DNA of 64,000 nt, taken from the NCBI GenBank assembly GCA_041651115.1, contig JBAZJY010000001.1, positions 517,165 through 581,164 on the forward strand, in the 5' to 3' direction. The stretch comes from Candidatus Omnitrophota bacterium. Its GTDB lineage: Bacteria > Omnitrophota > Gorgyraeia > Gygaellales > Profunditerraquicolaceae. Both the position numbers and the translations under genes were made by a program. The stretch's first letter is position 1. Every line of letters starts with the position of its first letter. Of the stretch, positions 1 to 9,182 are shown piece after piece. A model generated the notes under the pieces. It made no database searches and was not told the origin of the DNA. It was given only the letters and a program-made list of their open reading frames with translations.

Positions 1-555
1 CAGGTTTTAAGCGGCCTTGCCGAAGTGATCAAATACGGCGCAATCAAAGACCCCGGGCTTTTCCGTTACTTGGAAAAAAATCTTAAAAAAATAATTGCGA
101 AAAACAGCGCGGCGCTTGAATTGATCGTCAGCCGCTCAAGCACAATAAAAGCAAAGATCGTGGAGGCTGATGAAAGAGAAGAGAAGGGCTTACGGACGAT
201 CCTTAACTTCGGCCACACAATCGGCCATGCCATTGAGGCAGCAGGAGACTATAAGCGTTATAACCACGGGGAGGCGATTGCCCTGGGCATGCTGGCAGCC
301 TGCGATATCGGCCTGATGTTGGGCAATATGGATATAGATACGGGAAAAAGGATAGAAAAACTTATTTCGGCAAGCGGGCTTCCGGTAAAAATAAAAAAAA
401 TCCTTCCTCAAAAGATTATCGCTGCGCACTATTACGATAAAAAATTCAGCGGGGCAAAGAATAAATTTGTGATCGCGGAAAAAATCGGCAGGGCAGTGGT
501 GAGAAAAAACATTCCTTTAGATACGATCAAAGCAGCGCTCAAAAACAGATATTGA
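1..555 (+). CDS. aroB: 3-dehydroquinate synthase, C-terminal part (5' end lies outside the window)
   Basis: Metal-binding GHTIGHAIE motif and DHQS-like C-terminal domain; the ORF runs off the window start. Confidence 0.7.
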   Translation, partial: QVLSGLAEVIKYGAIKDPGLFRYLEKNLKKIIAKNSAALELIVSRSSTIKAKIVEADEREEKGLRTILNFGHTIGHAIEAAGDYKRYNHGEAIALGMLAACDIGLMLGNMDIDTGKRIEKLISASGLPVKIKKILPQKIIAAHYYDKKFSGAKNKFVIAEKIGRAVVRKNIPLDTIKAALKNRY

Positions 556-984
556 TTAGAAAGACCTTACGTTGGAAGTAAGCTTAAAAGATTTATCGCC
601 GTCCTGTAATTCCACAATGTCTTGAGCTATCCGCACCACGGTTATTCCTTCAATCTTATCGCCTTCCTTAACGATGCGGTTATTGATCAAGGCATAGCTT
701 GACCCGGGTGAAAATACAACGCCGTTTAAGACAAGCGCCGGCTGATCGGTTTTCTTTACTGCTGCCGGTTCTTTTTTCATTGCCTTAACCATAGGCAACG
801 CGGTAGCCGCTATCGCAGAAACCCTGGCAATGGAAGCGGGGCGGGAAACTGTAGAAACAGGAGAGGAAGCTGCGGGTTTTTGCGCGGCGGCAAAACGGTC
901 AAAAAGCAGCTTTGCCGAATAAGAGCCTAAAATCGCGCAGATAACACATAATAAATAAAATTCTACTTTCTTCTTGTCCGCCAT
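556..984 (-). CDS. hypothetical membrane-anchored protein (possible PilP/GspC-like beta-domain)
   Basis: ORF with an N-terminal TM helix after a probable start at MADKKK (cat at 982-984); Pro/Ala/Ser linker; C-terminal beta-rich domain. Confidence 0.35.
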   Translation of the reverse strand: MADKKKVEFYLLCVICAILGSYSAKLLFDRFAAAQKPAASSPVSTVSRPASIARVSAIAATALPMVKAMKKEPAAVKKTDQPALVLNGVVFSPGSSYALINNRIVKEGDKIEGITVVRIAQDIVELQDGDKSFKLTSNVRSF

Positions 985-1029
985 AATGGAGTTATTATAC
1001 CAGAAAATAGAAAAAAAGGAAACGCTTTC

Positions 1030-1058
1030 TTGACATATCAAGAATAATATGTTATATT
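1030..1058 (+). promoter_or_regulatory. sigma-70-like promoter TTGACA-N17-TATATT upstream of the PilZ operon
   Basis: ttgaca at 1030-1035, a 17-nt spacer, tatatt at 1053-1058; 19 nt upstream of the ORF at 1077. Confidence 0.45.
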
Positions 1059-1076
1059 CGTTTTGTAGCTAACATC

Positions 1077-1436
1077 ATGAGGCGAAAGGACATGCCGGTA
1101 AGCTGGACGGAAAAGAGGCGTTCCCCCCGTATAAGCATCAAAGTCCCCCTGCGTTATCAGATTCGCGGAAGGCCGGAATTCAGTAGCGCGATCAGCGGCG
1201 ACATGAGCATCGGCGGATTAGGCTTCTTAAACGACGAGTTTATCGCTCCAAATAACTGGCTGAATATTGAGATCAACCTCCTGCCGGAAGTGATCAGCAC
1301 TACGGCAAGGGTTATCCGTTCCGATTCCCTGCCGCGTTCCGACAAGTACCGGTTGGGCCTGGAATTCAGCGGTATGGACTACCGGCAAAAACGGTTTTTG
1401 ACCGATTATATCAATCAACGTAGAAGCAGTAGTTAA
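1077..1436 (+). CDS. PilZ domain protein (c-di-GMP binding)
   Basis: RxxxR (RRSPRISIK) and D-x-S-x-G-G (DMSIGGLGF) PilZ signature motifs. Confidence 0.65.
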   Translation: MRRKDMPVSWTEKRRSPRISIKVPLRYQIRGRPEFSSAISGDMSIGGLGFLNDEFIAPNNWLNIEINLLPEVISTTARVIRSDSLPRSDKYRLGLEFSGMDYRQKRFLTDYINQRRSSS

Positions 1437-1446
1437 GGGAGAAAAA

Positions 1447-1629
1447 ATGGCGGCGGAAGCAGTAAAAGAAGAGTCAAAGGCGGCACCCGTAGAAAAACAG
1501 ACAAATTGTCTTGGCTGCAATAAGCCAATGAAACGGATAAAAAGATATTACCGCAACGGTAAATTCTATTGCACAAAGAAATGCTGGCTTAAAGCGACAA
1601 AAACAAAAGATAAAGAAGAGGCCAAATAA
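1447..1629 (+). CDS. small zinc-ribbon protein
   Basis: CxxC...CxxxC arrangement; SD-like gggag upstream; sits between two PilZ genes. Confidence 0.4.
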   Translation: MAAEAVKEESKAAPVEKQTNCLGCNKPMKRIKRYYRNGKFYCTKKCWLKATKTKDKEEAK

Positions 1630-2012
1630 TGATCAACCGCATCAAAAAAGAAAAAAGGCTGCACCCGCGCATAGATCACCGGCTGCCCTTAAAAATAGCG
1701 GTAAACGGTTATGACTTTTCAACCACTACCGAAAACGTCAGCTGCACTGGCGCGTATTGCTGTGTGAAAAAATACGTGCCGCCCTTTACCAAGATCGCGG
1801 TAAAAATGACCTTACCGGTAAAAACTGCCGGCGGCATAGAAAAATATACCGTTGACTGCAAGGGCGTAATTGTCAGGACCGACGATGAAAGCTCAGACGG
1901 CTTTAATATCGCCATATTCTTTAATGAAATAAACGAAGCGCAAAAAAGAAAGATCGCCCATTACATCAGCCAGTTCCTTCCTCAGCAGGCAACCGCAGTA
2001 AGCGCCCAATAA
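1629..2012 (+). CDS. PilZ-like domain protein
   Basis: RLHPRIDHR and NVSCTG motifs resemble the PilZ RxxxR / (D/N)xSxxG signatures; start overlaps the upstream stop (ATGA). Confidence 0.5.
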   Translation: MINRIKKEKRLHPRIDHRLPLKIAVNGYDFSTTTENVSCTGAYCCVKKYVPPFTKIAVKMTLPVKTAGGIEKYTVDCKGVIVRTDDESSDGFNIAIFFNEINEAQKRKIAHYISQFLPQQATAVSAQ

Positions 2013-2024
2013 GCAAGCCCGCGT

Positions 2025-2558
2025 ATGGGTAGAATAAAAAATCCCTCGCCCGTAAAACTGATCGCCGGCTTCATTTTCCAAAACAAAAATACTTTTACTA
2101 ATGCCAAAGCCTGCCTTTTGCGGCAATTCGGCAAGGCTGATTTTGAGAGCCCGCGCCTGGCGTTTAATTATACGGATTATTACAAAAAAGAGATCGGGGA
2201 CGGCCTTTACCGTAAGTTCTTGAGTTTTGAAAAGCTGATCGATCCGTCAAAGCTGGCAGAGATTAAAATATTCGCTAACCGCATTGAAAAAAAATTCAGT
2301 AAAGACGGCTGCCGCAGGATAAATATTGACCCCGGCTATCTTGACTTAGCCAAACTTGTCCTTGCTACAACCAAGGATTATTCTCACCGCATATATTTAA
2401 AGAAAGGCATTTACGCGGAGATCACTCTGTCTTATCAGGGAAAAGATTTCCGGCCATTGCCATGGACGTATCCGGATTACCAAACCGCGGAATATATCCG
2501 GATCTTTAACCAGATAAGAGGCCTTTATGCCCGGCAAACAAACCTCCGAAAAGACTGA
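2025..2558 (+). CDS. conserved hypothetical protein (possibly DUF4416-like)
   Basis: 177-aa ORF immediately upstream of and overlapping the radical SAM gene. Confidence 0.4.
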   Translation: MGRIKNPSPVKLIAGFIFQNKNTFTNAKACLLRQFGKADFESPRLAFNYTDYYKKEIGDGLYRKFLSFEKLIDPSKLAEIKIFANRIEKKFSKDGCRRINIDPGYLDLAKLVLATTKDYSHRIYLKKGIYAEITLSYQGKDFRPLPWTYPDYQTAEYIRIFNQIRGLYARQTNLRKD

Positions 2559-3522
2559 ACAATACCCATCCTACCTGGACGCTTTCCAAAACGGGACGCT
2601 GGAACGCATATCCGGCCTTGCCTTTAAACTGCTGGAGTCCTGCGCCATATGCCCGCGTAAGTGCAAAGTAAACCGGCTCAAGGGGCAAACGGGCTTCTGC
2701 AAAACCGGACTGGAACCGGTCGTATACAGCAGCCTGCCGCACCACGGCGAAGAACCGCCGATATCAGGCAAGCGCGGCTCAGGCACGATATTTTTTTCCG
2801 GCTGCAATATGGCTTGCGTTTACTGCCAAAACTACGAATTCAGCCAAGCAATAGATGGCAAGCCCGCCAGCGATGAAGAACTGGCAAACTTGATGCTCAA
2901 GCTGCAGGATTCTGGCTGCCACAACATCAATCTCGTTACCCCTACTCATGTTATGCCGCAAATACTCAAGGCGCTGCTGCTGGCAATACCAAAAGGCCTG
3001 CGCATACCATTAGTGTATAATACCGGAGGTTTTGAATTGCCGGCGATCATCAGGCTATTAGACGGGATCGTAGATATTTACCTTGCGGATATGCGCTATG
3101 CAGACAGCCGGATGGCAATAAAATATTCCTTTGCCGCTGATTATGCCCGCTTTAACCGGGAGTCAATCGCAGAAATGCACAGGCAAACAGGGATTGCTGA
3201 ATTCGGCGAAAATGGTATCATAAAGAAAGGCCTGATCGTCAGGCTGCTGGTAATGCCGGAAAATATTTCCGGCACGGAAGAAACAATAAAATTTATCGCG
3301 GAAAATATTTCAAAGGATACCTACATCAGCCTGATGAGCCAATATACGCCGTTCTATAAAGCATCCGGCATAAAAGAGCTTTCCCGGCGCATAAGCCGCG
3401 AGGCATACAGCTCTGCCCAAGCCGCAATGGAAAAATACGGGCTTTATAACGGCTGGACGCAGGATAGCGGCGGGCTTGACAGGTTTGCCGGAGTGAACAT
3501 CAAAAACGCTTTTTCTGAATAG
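2527..3522 (+). CDS. radical SAM protein, PflX-like (PFL-activating-enzyme homolog family)
   Basis: CNMACVYC (Cx3Cx2C) radical-SAM cluster motif plus an N-terminal CxxCxxxC...C cluster; about 330 aa. Confidence 0.7.
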   Translation: MPGKQTSEKTEQYPSYLDAFQNGTLERISGLAFKLLESCAICPRKCKVNRLKGQTGFCKTGLEPVVYSSLPHHGEEPPISGKRGSGTIFFSGCNMACVYCQNYEFSQAIDGKPASDEELANLMLKLQDSGCHNINLVTPTHVMPQILKALLLAIPKGLRIPLVYNTGGFELPAIIRLLDGIVDIYLADMRYADSRMAIKYSFAADYARFNRESIAEMHRQTGIAEFGENGIIKKGLIVRLLVMPENISGTEETIKFIAENISKDTYISLMSQYTPFYKASGIKELSRRISREAYSSAQAAMEKYGLYNGWTQDSGGLDRFAGVNIKNAFSE

Positions 3523-3523
3523 A

Positions 3524-5068
3524 ATGATACCTGAAAATCTCGGAAAATTACTGGAAAACAGCGCGGAAAAATTTCCCCTGCGCAACGCAATCATTTTTGG
3601 CAGCAAAAAGATCAACTACCGGGAGCTGGATGAATCCACCAGCCGCGTTGCTTCAGGCTTGCTCAAATTAGGCATTACAAAACAGGATAAAGTCGCCATT
3701 TTTTTAGACAACTGCCCGGAATTCATCATCAGTTACTTTAGTATCCTTAAAGCAGGGGCAGTGGTTGTGCCGATCAATTATATGTTTAAGATCGAGGAAG
3801 CCAGGTTTATCCTGGAGGATAGCGAAGCAATCTGCCTGATCACTTCCCGGCCATACATAAACATGGCGGAAGAACTCCTGCTCAGATTAGACAGCCTAAA
3901 ACATATTATTACTACCGTCAAAATAAAAGACGAGATCCCCGACCTGCACACCCTGAAAAAAGAACCGAAAACCGAAATCGCGCAGATCAATTCCGCTGAC
4001 CCGGCAGTGATCTTATATACTTCCGGTACTACCGGCCATCCCAAAGGCGCGGTATTATCCCACTATAACCTGATCGCAAATGCCATTGACTCAAAAAACG
4101 CCATTAGGAGCACCGCTAAAGACACTTTTATCTGCCTGCTGCCGCTATTCCATTCCTTTGCCGCGACAGTCTGCATGAACCTGCCGCTTTCTACGGGAGC
4201 AAAGATCGTGTTGATGAAATCGCTCAGGCCCTTTAAACGCGTGATCCGGGCGATCAGGCGCAACCGCGTAAGCATATTTGTCGGCATACCGTCAATGTAT
4301 AACATAATGAAAGACATTAAGCTTCCCAGGATACTGCATACTCCCTTGATAAAATTATTTAATCCGGTCAGAGTCTGCATATCCGGTGCAGCAGCGCTGC
4401 CGGTAGAAACATTTAACGCCTTTGAAAATAAACTACGTATGCCGCTTCTGGAAGGATACGGCCTGACCGAAGCATCTCCCGTAGTAAGCCTGAATCCCTT
4501 GAACGGAAAAAGAAAAGCCGGCTCGATCGGAAAGGCGCTGTCTAAAAATATCGATCTTAGGATCGTAGATGAGCAGAATAACATATTGGATCCGGAACAG
4601 GTAGGAGAATTACTGGTAAAAGGCCCTAATGTAATGCTGGGATACTATAAAAACCACCGGGCCTCCGAAGAAGTTTTAAAAAACGGCTGGCTTTATACCG
4701 GCGACATGGCTAAATCTGACACCCAGGGCTATTTTTATATCGTAGGCAGAAAAAAGGAAATGGTCAATGTCCGCGGCCTGAACGTCTATCCGCGGGAGAT
4801 AGAAGAGGTGCTTTACCAGAACCCCAAGATAAAAGAAGCGGCGGTGATCGGCATTCCCGATACCCACAAAGGAGAAGTTCCCAAGGCATTTGTGGTCATA
4901 AAAGACGGTGCCGCACTTACCGAGCATGAAGTGATCCATTATTTAAGGGAAAAACTGGCGTCTTATAAGATACCCAAATATGTAGAATTCAGGGGATCCC
5001 TGCCAAAGAATACCACCGGAAAAATACTTAAACGCGTACTGCAAGATGAAGAAAAACATAATAGATAA
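3524..5068 (+). CDS. AMP-dependent synthetase/ligase (long-chain fatty-acid-CoA ligase-like)
   Basis: AMP-binding signature YTSGTTGHPKGA; GYGLTE motif; C-terminal conserved lysine region. Confidence 0.8.
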   Translation: MIPENLGKLLENSAEKFPLRNAIIFGSKKINYRELDESTSRVASGLLKLGITKQDKVAIFLDNCPEFIISYFSILKAGAVVVPINYMFKIEEARFILEDSEAICLITSRPYINMAEELLLRLDSLKHIITTVKIKDEIPDLHTLKKEPKTEIAQINSADPAVILYTSGTTGHPKGAVLSHYNLIANAIDSKNAIRSTAKDTFICLLPLFHSFAATVCMNLPLSTGAKIVLMKSLRPFKRVIRAIRRNRVSIFVGIPSMYNIMKDIKLPRILHTPLIKLFNPVRVCISGAAALPVETFNAFENKLRMPLLEGYGLTEASPVVSLNPLNGKRKAGSIGKALSKNIDLRIVDEQNNILDPEQVGELLVKGPNVMLGYYKNHRASEEVLKNGWLYTGDMAKSDTQGYFYIVGRKKEMVNVRGLNVYPREIEEVLYQNPKIKEAAVIGIPDTHKGEVPKAFVVIKDGAALTEHEVIHYLREKLASYKIPKYVEFRGSLPKNTTGKILKRVLQDEEKHNR

Positions 5069-5492
5069 AATCAAAAAGTTCGGCAAGTATATCTATACAC
5101 AGCTGTTCCTCATTAACGATACGCCCCAGAAGACCGCTGCCGGCTTTGGCTTAGGCGTATTCTTAGGCATCATTCCCGGCACCGGGCCGCTGGCAGCGCT
5201 GTTTTGCGCCATGCTTTTGCGCGTGAACAAGGCAAGTGCATTTTTAGGCAGTATCCTGGTCAATACCTGGATAAATATCGTAACATTCCTGTTGGCAATT
5301 AAAATAGGCTCTGCTATAATGGCTGTTGATTGGAGAACGGTTTATGCGTCATCCGCATTTAAGGTAATCGCTCCGGTCCTGGCCATCGGATATTTTGTGA
5401 TTGCTGCCTGCGCGGGAATCGCCGCGTACCTAATCGTATTGCTGATCTTAAAACTGGTAAAAAATGAACGGTCTCGGGTTAATAAAACGTAA
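5046..5492 (+). CDS. DUF2062-like small membrane protein
   Basis: Polytopic hydrophobic 148-aa ORF overlapping the ligase 3' end. Confidence 0.45.
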   Translation: MKKNIIDKIKKFGKYIYTQLFLINDTPQKTAAGFGLGVFLGIIPGTGPLAALFCAMLLRVNKASAFLGSILVNTWINIVTFLLAIKIGSAIMAVDWRTVYASSAFKVIAPVLAIGYFVIAACAGIAAYLIVLLILKLVKNERSRVNKT

Positions 5493-6414
5493 AATTTCCG
5501 CTGCAAAAGAGATTGCCGTTTCCGGCCACGTAAATCCGGATGGCGATTCAATCGGTTCGCTGCTTTCTTTAGGCTTAGGCCTGGAAAGCCTTAATAAACG
5601 CGTCCAGATGCTTAGCGTAGACGGAGTGCCGCAAAAATATACCGGCCTGCCGGGCGCAAAACGCATCGTCACAAAAATAACCCGGCCGGCGGACCTGGCA
5701 ATCACCGTTGACTGCAGCAATAAAGAGATCCTCGGTTCCGCCTACGGCATGCTCAAAGGCGCAAAAGACATACTGGAGATCGACCATCATGAATTCCGCA
5801 GGCCGTTCGGTAATATAAAGTATATCGAGCCGAAAGCCGCGGCAGTAGGAGAATTGATCTATAGGCTGCTTAAAAAACTGAATATCAACATAACTAATGA
5901 TATCGCGCAAAACCTGCTTACCTCGGTCATTGTAGAAACCGATTCCTTCAGACTGCCTAATGTAAGCCAGTTTACGTTTGAGGTATCGGCAGAACTGATA
6001 AAAAGCGGGGTTGACTTTTACCGGCTTGTAAACACGGTCTTCTGGGCAACGAGAAAGGAATCTGCCGTTCTTGCCGGCATATGTTTATCGCGATGTAAAT
6101 TCCTTAAGGCAAACAGGATAGTCTGGTCAATCATCAGGCAGAGCGATTTCCGTAAAATAAGAGGGAAAGACGAAGACGTAGACGCGGTTGCCGACCAGAT
6201 GCGCGCGATCAAGGACGTAGAGATCGCAGTGCTGCTGCGCGAAAAAAAGAAAGGCCTGCTAAGGGTCAGCCTGCGCTCTAAAGACAAAGTCAATATCGCC
6301 CAGATCGCCGAATATTACGGGGGCGGCGGGCATTTTGACGTTGCCGGCTGCACAATACCCGATAATCCTAAAATAATCCGCCAGCTTTTGGCAATGGCGA
6401 AGAAACTGTTATGA
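5464..6414 (+). CDS. nrnA: DHH-family phosphoesterase (NrnA-like oligoribonuclease / pAp phosphatase)
   Basis: DGDSIGS, DHH and GGGH motifs in DHH/DHHA1 order. Confidence 0.7.
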   Translation: MNGLGLIKRKISAAKEIAVSGHVNPDGDSIGSLLSLGLGLESLNKRVQMLSVDGVPQKYTGLPGAKRIVTKITRPADLAITVDCSNKEILGSAYGMLKGAKDILEIDHHEFRRPFGNIKYIEPKAAAVGELIYRLLKKLNINITNDIAQNLLTSVIVETDSFRLPNVSQFTFEVSAELIKSGVDFYRLVNTVFWATRKESAVLAGICLSRCKFLKANRIVWSIIRQSDFRKIRGKDEDVDAVADQMRAIKDVEIAVLLREKKKGLLRVSLRSKDKVNIAQIAEYYGGGGHFDVAGCTIPDNPKIIRQLLAMAKKLL

Positions 6415-6620
6415 TGAAACGAATATATCTATTTTTTCTCTGCATTGCGATTTCCGGTTGCGCCGGAACAGCAGTCCAGAAACAACGTGAAGGAGCGCAT
6501 CTCTGGCAAACGATCCAACAAAGAGACGAAGAAATTATTGAGCTTAAAAAAACCATCGCCGCACAAGAAGCAGAAATAGAAGAGATGAAGAAGAAACTGG
6601 GTAATTTCGGGGTATTTTAA
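6411..6620 (+). CDS. small lipoprotein with coiled-coil tail
   Basis: Signal peptide plus lipobox-like AISGCAG; start overlaps the nrnA stop. Confidence 0.35.
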   Translation: MMKRIYLFFLCIAISGCAGTAVQKQREGAHLWQTIQQRDEEIIELKKTIAAQEAEIEEMKKKLGNFGVF

Positions 6621-6643
6621 TAAACTAGGAAAGGAAACTTCAA

Positions 6644-7393
6644 ATGTATAAAGTTGTTCTTTTAAGGCACGGCGAAAGTATATGGAACAAGGAAAACCGG
6701 TTTACCGGCTGGACTGACGTGGACCTTTCGGAAAAAGGCATTGCTGAAGCGAAAAAAGCCGGCCAGCTCTTAAAAAACGAAGGCTTTGTGTTTGACATTG
6801 CTTTTACCTCCGTATTAAAACGGGCGATCCGCACACTCTGGATCACACTTGATGAAATGGACCTGATGTGGATACCCGTGCAAAACTCATGGCGGCTTAA
6901 TGAACGGCATTACGGCAGTTTACAAGGATTGAATAAATCCGAAATGGCGCAAAAATTTGGCGAAGACCAGGTACTGATCTGGAGAAGAAGCTACGATATC
7001 AGGCCTCCGGCATTGGAAAAAAGCGACCCCCGTTGCCCGGGAAATGACCCCCGCTACAAGCAGCTCGAGCCAAAAGATATCCCGCTTACCGAGTGCCTTA
7101 AAGACACCGTAGTAAGATTCCTGCCTTACTGGCACGAAGTGATTGCTCCGGTAGTCAAATCAGGCAAAAAGGTGATCATTGCCGCTCATGGGAATAGCCT
7201 GCGCGCGCTGGTAAAATACCTGGATAATGTTTCTGATGATGCCATTGTGCAGTTGAATATCCCTACCGGTATCCCCTTAGTCTATGAGCTTGACAATAAC
7301 CTCAAGCCCATAAAGAACTACTACCTCGGTAACCCTGAAGAAGTCGCCAAAGCTATGGCTTCGGTGGCAAGCCAAGGCAAGAAAAAACAATAA
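6644..7393 (+). CDS. gpmA: 2,3-bisphosphoglycerate-dependent phosphoglycerate mutase
   Basis: [18 protein letters not shown] catalytic-His motif; full-length 249 aa; SD aggaaagg upstream. Confidence 0.9.
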   Translation: MYKVVLLRHGESIWNKENRFTGWTDVDLSEKGIAEAKKAGQLLKNEGFVFDIAFTSVLKRAIRTLWITLDEMDLMWIPVQNSWRLNERHYGSLQGLNKSEMAQKFGEDQVLIWRRSYDIRPPALEKSDPRCPGNDPRYKQLEPKDIPLTECLKDTVVRFLPYWHEVIAPVVKSGKKVIIAAHGNSLRALVKYLDNVSDDAIVQLNIPTGIPLVYELDNNLKPIKNYYLGNPEEVAKAMASVASQGKKKQ

Positions 7394-7398
7394 TTCCC

Positions 7399-8154
7399 AT
7401 GTCCAAACTTAAGGTCATTTTTCTAATCCTGACCCTTGTTTTTGCCTTATTTTTTATCAAAGATAGGGCTGGCAGGGGCACTGGACAACCTGTTACCTCC
7501 CTCAAAGACAAAAATGGCCCCAGCGAGCGAATAGAGAAGGGGATAGGGGAAAAAATGACCTATGATGTCAAATTGGGAGCGATTAACCTTGGAAAGTCGG
7601 TTTTTACCCATTTGCCTAGCATAGAAGTAAATGGCAGGGTACTAAGCGTAATGGTCTTTGAAACCAGCCTGGCGCGGTTTAAAGACACTGAAGTGATCTA
7701 TGCTGATCCGCAAACCATACTCCCGGTAAAGGTCGAACGGGATATCTCAAAGTGGTTTAGCCGGGAAAAGATCACGGAAGAATATGATCAGGAGGCTTTC
7801 AGCGTTACCATAAAGAAACAAGGCAGCAGCCGGCCCCTGGTATTTAAAAAAGACAGCCCGATCCATAATGCTGTACTTTTACCCCAATATATCCGCTATT
7901 TTCAAGAATTGCTGGATGTTGAGGGAGTCATAATTGCCAACCTTCCCAACCGCCGCTATGAGATCAGGAGGGTTTCTACGGAAGAAATTAAAGTCCCGGC
8001 AGGCATCTTTAAAACCTACCATTTAAGCAGTACGCCAAATCACATAGATATCTGGATCAGCGCGGATGACCGCAGGATCCCGGTTAAAATAAAGAGCAAT
8101 AATCTGGCTTTAGGGTATGTACTGGTTTTGAAGGAATATACCCCTGGAAATTAG
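7399..8154 (+). CDS. hypothetical exported protein (DUF3108-like)
   Basis: N-terminal signal/TM peptide; 251 aa; immediately follows gpmA. Confidence 0.4.
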   Translation: MSKLKVIFLILTLVFALFFIKDRAGRGTGQPVTSLKDKNGPSERIEKGIGEKMTYDVKLGAINLGKSVFTHLPSIEVNGRVLSVMVFETSLARFKDTEVIYADPQTILPVKVERDISKWFSREKITEEYDQEAFSVTIKKQGSSRPLVFKKDSPIHNAVLLPQYIRYFQELLDVEGVIIANLPNRRYEIRRVSTEEIKVPAGIFKTYHLSSTPNHIDIWISADDRRIPVKIKSNNLALGYVLVLKEYTPGN

Positions 8155-8628
8155 CCGATTTTAGCCCCGGGAATACCTAAAAACAACCCTTCCGATATGC
8201 CCAAAAATACCCTAAAATTAGCCCCAAAATCGCCAATTTTAGGCCCAAAAACAGCCATTTATAGCCAACACCCAGTCTGATTGAACCATTGCCAGAAGCC
8301 TTAAAAATGACAGAAAAATGCTTGCCTCTCTTCTTGCTTTTTTTAATAAAATGAAGGGAGGCATCTAACTTGAAATTCCTGAAACTAAGGAATCCGCTCA
8401 TATTAAAATATTATAATCTAATTAAGCTTTCGCAGCCGGATGTTTTGCTTAAAAAAACCCGGTAAGTTTAAGTAAACGAAAACTGGGTTATGCACAAGGA
8501 AATTTTGAATTATCCTAACCCATTGGGCAATCACTGATTATACCATGTTTCTCCAATATGCTCAAGTTAACATAATATACATTATAGGAAGTTGAGCTAT
8601 AGGGTGATTTAGGGGTTATTTAAGGTTT

Positions 8629-9000
8629 TTAAGCGGATTTAGCTTGCTTCTCTGGCGGTTTTTCTGCTGCTGGCTGGGTATTTTGGGGGCTATTTTTGTG
8701 GCTGCTAAGGATATAATTACCGCCTTGTATGCGGATTATTTTACCGTTTACAATGGCATCTGCTACGGTTTTCCGGGCCCTCTCTAAAACCCGGCTAAAT
8801 GTCTGCTGGGATATATTCATTGATTTAGCGGCCTCTTTTTGGCTGATTCCGGTATGGTCAAACAGCCTGATCGCTTCATACTCATCAATGCGTAAATTGA
8901 CCTCATCAGGCCTGCCGGGCTTGCCCCTTGGGCTAAACTGGCTGATCCTTGGGTCTATCCTTACGATCCTGTATTTTCGTGGCCTTCCGCGTGGTCTCAT
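8629..9000 (-). CDS. DUF134/UPF0251 family DNA-binding protein
   Basis: N-terminal MRPRGRPRKYR, conserved F.P.G core and C-terminal HTH (ISQQTFSRVLERARKTVADAI) typical of UPF0251. Confidence 0.65.
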   Translation of the reverse strand: MRPRGRPRKYRIVRIDPRISQFSPRGKPGRPDEVNLRIDEYEAIRLFDHTGISQKEAAKSMNISQQTFSRVLERARKTVADAIVNGKIIRIQGGNYILSSHKNSPQNTQPAAEKPPEKQAKSA

Positions 9001-9093
9001 CGTCAGCGATTTACTTAAACTTACCGGCTTTTAACGCCCCATTTAAAACGAGTACATACTCATAATACCACCCGCCCCAACCGCTTGTCAAGA

Positions 9094-9165
9094 ACAAAAA
9101 AAGTAGGGACAGACACTACTTTTTTTCTTACGCACTTATAAAAAAGTAGTGTCTGTCCCTACTTT
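9094..9165. repeat. GTAGGGAC-family palindromic element, inverted pair upstream of rpoN
   Basis: aaaaagtagggacagacactacttttt at 9094-9125 and its exact reverse complement at 9139-9165, separated by a 13-nt spacer. Confidence 0.8.
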
Positions 9166-9182
9166 TGTGCTATACTTATACC

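Noticed and set aside
190-429. Many 60-170 aa antisense ORFs embedded within long, well-supported genes (e.g. 190-429, 1157-1520, 4063-4584, 10538-10972, 11230-11691, 26585-27190, 46117-46491, 58748-59398)
   Set aside because: They lie opposite strongly motif-supported CDSs, have no SD or domain signatures and have low-complexity composition. They are shadow ORFs of the real genes.
8177-8401. 74-aa ORF on the minus strand in the 8.2-8.6 kb gap
   Set aside because: No ribosome-binding site, lies in a repeat-rich AT stretch, hydrophobic low-complexity translation. Probably non-coding.
9165-9182. ORF-track start of rpoN at 9165 (MCYTYTMELRQK)
   Set aside because: The first six codons fall inside the downstream arm of the upstream hairpin element. 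The ATG at 9183 (MELRQK) gives a canonical RpoN N-terminus.
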